From the NCBI GenBank assembly GCA_028715785.1, contig JAQURC010000007.1:22884-86883 (forward strand): a stretch of 64,000 nucleotides of DNA, written 5' to 3'. Below, piece by piece: positions 58,260-64,000 of this stretch. A program made the translations under genes and the position numbers. The notes beneath the pieces were generated by a model. The model did no database searches. It was not told the DNA's origin and was given only the letters and a program-made list of their open reading frames with translations. Numbering within the stretch: position 1 is the first letter of the stretch; each line of letters begins with the position of its first letter. This DNA is from Candidatus Omnitrophota bacterium. GTDB taxonomy: Bacteria; Omnitrophota; Gorgyraeia; Gygaellales; Profunditerraquicolaceae.

Positions 58260-58833
58260 CTAAACTATTATCCTTTTGTTTTAAGACAAGCTTTATTTTT
58301 ACGGCAACAGGCAATTGCTTCTTCTGATCAACATCTCCGTCTTTTGGCCAAAGATCCTGCCATTCATAGAGTCTAGCGGAAACTATAGAAGGAGCAGCAA
58401 ATTGCAAGGATAATTCTTCTACCCCGGATAAAAAAGATTCACCTTCCTCCTTCAGTCCGGCTTTTAACGCCAGTATCCCCTCGGATTCCTTGCGCGTTAA
58501 AGAATTGTCGAGAATCTCATACCGGATATGCCCAATATTGGAAGAAATCTTACCCTCTTTATCATACGCGTCAAGAATACTAAAAAATTCCATTGATCCG
58601 GAACTACCAATAAACTTTGAGTCGAGCTTGGCATAAACAAAAACATTCTTTATTTCAGCCTCTATTAAACTCAAAGACAACCTCGCCTTTTGATAAAGAT
58701 TAGCCGCAGCATCTATTTTTTCATGGCTTGATAAACCCGTCCGAAAAGCCGAATAGATACTAAGTATTAATAAAGAAAAGATAACGCTAACTATCATTAG
58801 CTCGATGAAGGTAAAACCGTTTTTCTTATTCAT
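58222..58833 (-). CDS. gspJ: T2SS minor pseudopilin J (prepilin-type N-terminal cleavage/methylation domain)
   Basis: 203 aa with a GFTFIELMIV prepilin motif. Confidence 0.7.
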   Translation of the reverse strand: MNKKNGFTFIELMIVSVIFSLLILSIYSAFRTGLSSHEKIDAAANLYQKARLSLSLIEAEIKNVFVYAKLDSKFIGSSGSMEFFSILDAYDKEGKISSNIGHIRYEILDNSLTRKESEGILALKAGLKEEGESFLSGVEELSLQFAAPSIVSARLYEWQDLWPKDGDVDQKKQLPVAVKIKLVLKQKDNSLVEFNKTIPLYAK

Positions 58834-58838
58834 ATTTA

Positions 58839-59219
58839 TTACGACACAAGATAAGTGTCAAATTCAAGAGAATATTCTTTTTCCCGTAAGTTCTCTCGCC
58901 AGCAAACAATAAACTCAAGATAAACCAAATTAGAACTTCCTAGTCTTTTCGCCTGATACATCCATTTAAAATATTTACCCTGTATCTTTTCGTTCCCCTG
59001 CTGGCTTTCTATCGGCCCTGCCTTACCCTTTTGTTCTTGTTCCAGCTCCCAGATTTTGTTTTCCGCGAAAAAACAGGCAAGAGTCATATTCTGGCTGAAT
59101 TTTACACTGGAGAGTGAGGAGGTCAATGAACGGAATATAAAAACAATAGCCGTGCATAAGATCACCAGGGCTATCAAAACCTCAAGCAAAGTAAAAGCTC
59201 TATTGAATCTGGATATCAT
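58839..59219 (-). CDS. gspI: T2SS minor pseudopilin I
   Basis: 126 aa with an RAFTLLEVLIALVIL prepilin motif. Confidence 0.7.
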   Translation of the reverse strand: MISRFNRAFTLLEVLIALVILCTAIVFIFRSLTSSLSSVKFSQNMTLACFFAENKIWELEQEQKGKAGPIESQQGNEKIQGKYFKWMYQAKRLGSSNLVYLEFIVCWRENLREKEYSLEFDTYLVS

Positions 59220-59661
59220 TGTTTATACTTTTTGTATCTATTACAATCTTTTTCCCAAATCTATCCGTAAAAATAATAGAGATACCGTCGATCTTACCAT
59301 TGGGGAAAAAACATATATATTCAGCTTCGGGCTCTATATTCACCTTGCTTGCTTCCGGAGCTTTGAATACTTTCGAGAATCTCCCCTTTAAAGCTGCAGC
59401 TTCGTTATTTTCAAGGCGCCTTGCCATAAATCCAGCCTTCTCTTTATCAATATTTAGATAATAAATTTTCTTTTCGACAATAGCGCTATTTTGAAGATAC
59501 TGCATAAGATAATAGATACTCTTGGAGAAATTCTCGAATTCAAATCTATCATAGGCTTTCTTAAAACACGGAACTGCTGCTGCCGTAAGAATTCCTATAA
59601 TTATAATAACAATAAGCAACTCAATAAGACTAAAACCTCTCTTAGTTGCAGATATCATCAT
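59200..59661 (-). CDS. pseudopilin, GspG/GspH-like (first pseudopilin after gspF)
   Basis: 153 aa with a KRGFSLIELLIVIIIIGIL prepilin motif and Glu at +5. Lacks the conserved GspG C-terminal motifs, so the G versus H assignment is uncertain. Confidence 0.65.
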   Translation of the reverse strand: MMISATKRGFSLIELLIVIIIIGILTAAAVPCFKKAYDRFEFENFSKSIYYLMQYLQNSAIVEKKIYYLNIDKEKAGFMARRLENNEAAALKGRFSKVFKAPEASKVNIEPEAEYICFFPNGKIDGISIIFTDRFGKKIVIDTKSINNDIQIQ

Positions 59662-59734
59662 CTGTTTTTTTCCAAGCTCGACCCAGCTGAAAAAAGTTTG
59701 AGATCTTTGCCGCTTGAATCTTTTTCATACCCCT

Positions 59735-60940
59735 TTATCTTGCAATTAAATTTATTTGAAATATTGGCAGAAGCATGGCTAAAACGATAAAACCAACCAC
59801 CAAACCAACGCCTAAAATTATAACCGGTTCAAGCATACGGGCTAGCGATTTTAAAGACCGGTCAACGTCCCTCTCATAGTCATCAGCAATGCGCATCAGG
59901 GATTTTTTCAACGTCCCGGTTTCCTCTCCGATGATTACGATATTAGTTACAAAATTGGGGAATAATTTGCATTTTTTCATAGAATTTGAAAGGCTCAATC
60001 CTCCTATAATATCAGCTTTAATCTGACTAGTCTCCAATTTTAAAACCCGATTTTCCAGTATCGAAGAAACTATATCCAAAGAAGGAACAAGTGACAAGCC
60101 TCCCGAGAGCAGTAATGATAATGTGCGCGTCAGACGGCTAATTTCCGTCTTTAGGGTAATTTCGCCTAATACCATTAATTTTAGTTTAAACTTATCCCAT
60201 GCTAACCTCCCCGGGGGGCTAAGATATAGCCTGCGCAGAAAAAATATAACAACCAACGCAAGCGCAATAATTATTATCCAATATTTGCTAAAAACTACCG
60301 AGGCCTCAATCAATATCTTTGTAGGTAAAGGTAAAACCTGCCCCATATCTTCGAACATATTCACCAGCCGCGGTATGACAAAACCTATAAGAACAATAAC
60401 CGTTAACACACCTACACAAAAAACAAAGGCGGGATATACTAACGCTAAGCGAACTGAATTCCTAAATTCTTCTTCTTTTTCAAGAAAATCTGCCAGCCGC
60501 GTAAGGGTAGTTTTCAGGCTTCCGCTTACTTCCCCAGAGTTGATTATCGCGGTATAAAGCCGGGGGAAAACTTCAGGGTGCGTTGCCAGGCTATCAGAGA
60601 ATGATTTACCGTCTTTTATCCTGCCGACCACATCTCCCAAAACTTCTTTTAAATAGAGATTGGGCATTTGGCTCATAACAATATTCAAGCCGCTTACAAT
60701 AGGTACTCCTGAATCTACGAGGGTGGATAACTGACGAATAAATAAAACAATATCGTGTTTGGAAATCTTCTTGGGAGTTTTATTTAAAACTCTTGAATTC
60801 TTAACTTTTGGGGTAACGGAAATCGGAAAATATCCAACTTGGCCAATTTTATTAATTGCCTCTTGAACTGATTCTGCCTCGATTTCTCCTTCTATAGTAT
60901 TTTGAGGATCAGTTTTTGCTAAATAGACAAAAATCGGCAT
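59735..60940 (-). CDS. gspF: T2SS inner-membrane platform protein F (GspF/PilC family)
   Basis: 401 aa with duplicated T2SSF domains and 3 TM segments. Confidence 0.88.
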   Translation of the reverse strand: MPIFVYLAKTDPQNTIEGEIEAESVQEAINKIGQVGYFPISVTPKVKNSRVLNKTPKKISKHDIVLFIRQLSTLVDSGVPIVSGLNIVMSQMPNLYLKEVLGDVVGRIKDGKSFSDSLATHPEVFPRLYTAIINSGEVSGSLKTTLTRLADFLEKEEEFRNSVRLALVYPAFVFCVGVLTVIVLIGFVIPRLVNMFEDMGQVLPLPTKILIEASVVFSKYWIIIIALALVVIFFLRRLYLSPPGRLAWDKFKLKLMVLGEITLKTEISRLTRTLSLLLSGGLSLVPSLDIVSSILENRVLKLETSQIKADIIGGLSLSNSMKKCKLFPNFVTNIVIIGEETGTLKKSLMRIADDYERDVDRSLKSLARMLEPVIILGVGLVVGFIVLAMLLPIFQINLIAR

Positions 60941-62655
60941 TAATCCTCGTGCGGTTCCTCTAATTGGGTTACGCGGAGCACTTCAGCAAAACTAGTCAGC
61001 CCTTTAAATACCTTATGCAGTCCGTCTTGGCGCAAAGTACGCATTCCCTGCGAGATAGCCTTCTGTTTTATTTGCTGACTGGAAACTCGGCTTAAAATTA
61101 ATTCCCTGATTGATTCGGTTACAGTCAAAATCTCATAAATTCCGGTTCTCCCTCGGTAACCGGTAAACCTGCAATATTCGCATCCCTTACCCCCGTAGAA
61201 TCTCATCTCCGATTCAGGCAGTTTAACATCTTTTATCTGGTCCAAAATATCCTTCTTCGGTTTTAATTCTATCTTGCATTTAGGACAGATTAAACGCACA
61301 AGGCGCTGGGCAATAAGACACCCCAGCGAAGATGAAACTAAAAATGGTTCCATCCCCATATCTAACAACCTTGTCACGGCGCCGGCGGCATCATTGGTAT
61401 GCAGGGTTGAGAAAACTAAATGCCCAGTCAGAGCCGACCTAATTGCGATTTCTGCTGTTTCAAAATCCCTAACTTCGCCAACCATCATCACATCGGGGTC
61501 ATGCCTCAACATATGCCTTAATGCTGTGGCAAAAGTAAACCCGATCTGTGGATTAACCTGAATCTGGCTTACGCCCCGCAACTGATATTCAACGGGGTCT
61601 TCAATAGTGATAATCTTTATAACGGATGAATTAATACGCGCCAAAGCTGCATAAAGGGAAGTAGATTTTCCAGAACCCGTCGGCCCAGTAACAAATATGA
61701 CTCCATGGGGTTTTTTAATCGCACTCTCAACAATCGATAAATCTTCCGGGCCCATTCCTAAATTCTCTAACTCCAGAAAGGATTGAGTACTCAAAATCCT
61801 AATATGCACTGCTTCCCCAAAAGCAGTCAAGAGAATCGAAACGCGCAAATCCAACTCTTTATCTTCAACTTTAATCTTTATCCTGCCATCCTGTGGAAGC
61901 CGGCGCTCGGCAATATTAAGCTGCGCCATAATTTTAATACGCGAGACAATAGCGAGACGAAAGTACTTAATGGTATCGGGGATATTTATATCATAAAGTA
62001 TACCATCGATGCGGAACCTCGTACGCAATTCATTCTGAAACGGCTCAAGATGTATATCAGTGGCTCTCTCTCTTATCGCCTCGGTAAGTATCTGATTAAC
62101 AAATCTGACTATAGAAGCATCTTCGGCCATTTCTTCAAGATTTTCGGTTTTCTCAGAGAACAACTTTAACTCTTCCTGCGGCTGCTTCTGCGCAATTATC
62201 TTCTCTAATGTATCAGCCCCTACTCCATAATATTTACGTATAGCCTCCTGGATCTCTGTTTCGCTGGACAAAACCCCTCTTACTTCCACCCCCAGAAGAA
62301 GCCTTATATCATCCAGAGTACGTACATCAAGAGGATCGATCATGGCTATAACCAAAACATTATTATCAATTTCTACGGGTATTATTTTGTAGTAACTAGC
62401 GAATTTGGCAGGAACTTTTTTAATTACCAGTGGATCGATATCGCGGTCTTTTAGATTAAGGCAGGGAATATTTAGCTGTTCAGAAAGAATTGCCAATACT
62501 TTCTCCTGAGTCGCAAAACCTAACCTTACCAGAATGGTGCAGATAAAATGGTATGTCTTTTTCTGTTCACGCAAACCCTCTTCCAGCTGTTCAGGCGTGA
62601 TTATGCCTTTACTTATCAATAACTGCCCGATTAGTATATCATTTTTCTGCGGCAT
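60940..62655 (-). CDS. gspE: T2SS ATPase E (GspE/PilB family)
   Basis: 571 aa with an N-terminal T2SSE_N domain, a Walker A motif (GPTGSGKST), Asp box, Walker B motif, His box and a tetracysteine motif (CPKC...CEYC). Has a TTTACT-17-TATAAT-like promoter upstream, at about 62670-62700. Confidence 0.9.
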   Translation of the reverse strand: MPQKNDILIGQLLISKGIITPEQLEEGLREQKKTYHFICTILVRLGFATQEKVLAILSEQLNIPCLNLKDRDIDPLVIKKVPAKFASYYKIIPVEIDNNVLVIAMIDPLDVRTLDDIRLLLGVEVRGVLSSETEIQEAIRKYYGVGADTLEKIIAQKQPQEELKLFSEKTENLEEMAEDASIVRFVNQILTEAIRERATDIHLEPFQNELRTRFRIDGILYDINIPDTIKYFRLAIVSRIKIMAQLNIAERRLPQDGRIKIKVEDKELDLRVSILLTAFGEAVHIRILSTQSFLELENLGMGPEDLSIVESAIKKPHGVIFVTGPTGSGKSTSLYAALARINSSVIKIITIEDPVEYQLRGVSQIQVNPQIGFTFATALRHMLRHDPDVMMVGEVRDFETAEIAIRSALTGHLVFSTLHTNDAAGAVTRLLDMGMEPFLVSSSLGCLIAQRLVRLICPKCKIELKPKKDILDQIKDVKLPESEMRFYGGKGCEYCRFTGYRGRTGIYEILTVTESIRELILSRVSSQQIKQKAISQGMRTLRQDGLHKVFKGLTSFAEVLRVTQLEEPHED

Positions 62656-62750
62656 TTTTATTATCTACTATTATTCGTACAAATTATAGGCGTTTATCAA
62701 AAAAAGTAAAGTATTTATTAAAAAGGTGCGTTAGCAATATTAAAAAGGAT

Positions 62751-64000
62751 TTAATGGATGACAGCAAAGGGGCAAATCTGGCTGTAAGCGCAATAAGTGC
62801 AGGCTTTATATTCGGGTTTGGCCGGGTACTCCTGTTGGCGGATACCTTTGGAAACGATAAGAATATCTTCTTTTACTTCCTCTAATTTATCTTCGGTAAC
62901 CTTATGCCTGCCGATAATTCCGGACTCTAAAAAGTATAGCTCTACCGCAGCAGGCAATACCCCGAAAATGTGCTGATAGGCCAAAGCATAAAGGATCAGC
63001 TGTTTATTCTCCCTGACCCGCTTGTCCGCGTCCTTCTGTGTCTTGATCTCGGAGGTCTTAAAATCCATAATCACCGCTCCGTCATCCCGGATATCGATGC
63101 GGTCAAACCTGCCGGTAATTTTATTATCCCCGATGACAAAAGAAAAATCTTTTTCAATGAATTTGGGTTCGGACCGGCGCCTTTCTTCATCCTTATAAAA
63201 TTTGGATAAAGCTTGCCTGCCGATACGAAAACGCTCCTCTTGATGCGCGGCATCTAAAAATCCCTGGGGATCAAAACTGGCTTCAAAACAATCCAGGAGT
63301 TCCTCCATAGAGACTTTAGCGCCATTAAGCTTGCGCAGTAAATACTGGCTGACCGCCTCATGCATTGCCCGGCCGTAGATAACCGTATGATGCTCCATAA
63401 TCGGCACGCGCAGGATGTTTACATATTTATATTTTAAAGGGCAGGTCAGGTAATCATCGATCTGATAATAGCTTAAAGTAATTAACTTATCTTCCGGGAT
63501 TTCCTGAAGAGCTGATTTAGGCAGTTCCTTCACCGGAGCAAAACGCCGGATGCTTTCAATCGCGGCGGTCTTTTTCTTTTCAATCTCTTCTACAGTTTTT
63601 TTACCTAACGCCTCCAGCACAAATTGACTTACTTTGCGCAGGCGCTTGCCGCCGTAATCATCGGCGCTGGTTAAATACAATTCTTCTTTAGAGCGGGTCA
63701 TACCCACATAAAAAAGCCGGCGCTCCTCCTGGGTATGAAAATCTCCTGTAGGCAGGACTTCTTTAATCAAGGAGTCCGGCAATTCGATTTGCTGCGAACG
63801 CCTGGGCAGCGGGAATTTTCCCTGCACCAGGCTGACTAAAAATACCACCCTAAATTCCAGGCCTTTTGCTTTATGGATGGTCAGAATATTCACCGCGTCC
63901 TGGTCTAGATCCGCCTCGACTGTCGGCGGGTCATCTCCGGAATCGATCAAAAGATTAAGGTGCTTGATAAAACTGATCACCCGGTCCTCTTTGGCGATCA
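62751..64000 (-). CDS. UvrD/PcrA-like helicase C-terminal region fused to PD-(D/E)XK nuclease with Fe-S Cys cluster (AddA/AdnB-like); N-terminus beyond window
   Basis: Helicase motif VI (TIHKAKGLEF) is followed by a RecB-like nuclease domain and a C-terminal CTYCAYSQIC motif. The ORF is open to the window edge. Confidence 0.7.
   Translation of the reverse strand, partial: IAKEDRVISFIKHLNLLIDSGDDPPTVEADLDQDAVNILTIHKAKGLEFRVVFLVSLVQGKFPLPRRSQQIELPDSLIKEVLPTGDFHTQEERRLFYVGMTRSKEELYLTSADDYGGKRLRKVSQFVLEALGKKTVEEIEKKKTAAIESIRRFAPVKELPKSALQEIPEDKLITLSYYQIDDYLTCPLKYKYVNILRVPIMEHHTVIYGRAMHEAVSQYLLRKLNGAKVSMEELLDCFEASFDPQGFLDAAHQEERFRIGRQALSKFYKDEERRRSEPKFIEKDFSFVIGDNKITGRFDRIDIRDDGAVIMDFKTSEIKTQKDADKRVRENKQLILYALAYQHIFGVLPAAVELYFLESGIIGRHKVTEDKLEEVKEDILIVSKGIRQQEYPAKPEYKACTYCAYSQICPFAVIH

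Overview
This 64-kb window looks like chromosomal DNA from a low-GC, diderm bacterium. Nearly every gene is on the minus strand, tightly packed and often overlapping.

Gene content, in order:
- 1-2 kb: mtnP (3' truncated at the window edge), proC and yggS.
- 2.4-19.2 kb: a complete dcw (division and cell-wall) cluster, mraZ-rsmH-ftsL-ftsI-murE-murF-mraY-murD-ftsW-murG-[secreted HExxH peptidase]-murC-murB-ddl-ftsQ-ftsA. It has a consensus sigma70 promoter and a three-repeat MraZ box. It ends at ftsA with no ftsZ following.
- 19.3-27.2 kb: housekeeping genes ribF, nrnA, rbfA, cca, a Xer-type recombinase, an MBL hydrolase, a lipoprotein, ligA, acyP and tRNA-Pro(CGG).
- 27.6-32.4 kb: a riboflavin operon, ribBA-ribH-nusB-PHP-ribD-ribE, behind an FMN riboswitch with an intrinsic terminator. 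A CinA-C/thpR pair diverges from it on the plus strand.
- 33.4-44.2 kb: pgpA-pgsA-rimO-rodZ-ftsK-pnp-rpsO-arfB, two hypothetical/AsmA-like genes and plsC.
- 44.4-62.7 kb: a type II secretion (T2SS) locus, gspD-gspC-gspA-merR-like on one side and gspE-F-(G/H)-I-J-K-L-M on the other. The two halves are split by a ~7.7-kb insert. The insert carries a decayed IS3-family element, a GT-C glycosyltransferase broken at a homopolymer tract, a 750-aa secreted lipase-like hydrolase, a MORN-repeat membrane protein and a secreted LolA-like protein.
- 62.75-64 kb: a partial UvrD-like helicase-nuclease gene.

The most unusual feature is a pair of diverged (~70% identical) paralogous ~215-nt structured RNAs at 2218-2432 and 27345-27559. 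Every helix is preserved by compensatory base changes, and I could not assign them to any known RNA family.

Other points worth follow-up:
- the PHP phosphoesterase inside the riboswitch-controlled rib operon, a candidate for the missing ARPP phosphatase;
- the secretin with a TonB-C-like tail;
- the metallopeptidase embedded between murG and murC;
- the absence of ftsZ after ftsA.

Coordinates of non-coding features were anchored to nearby ORF ends, but treat them as approximate to within 1-2 nt.
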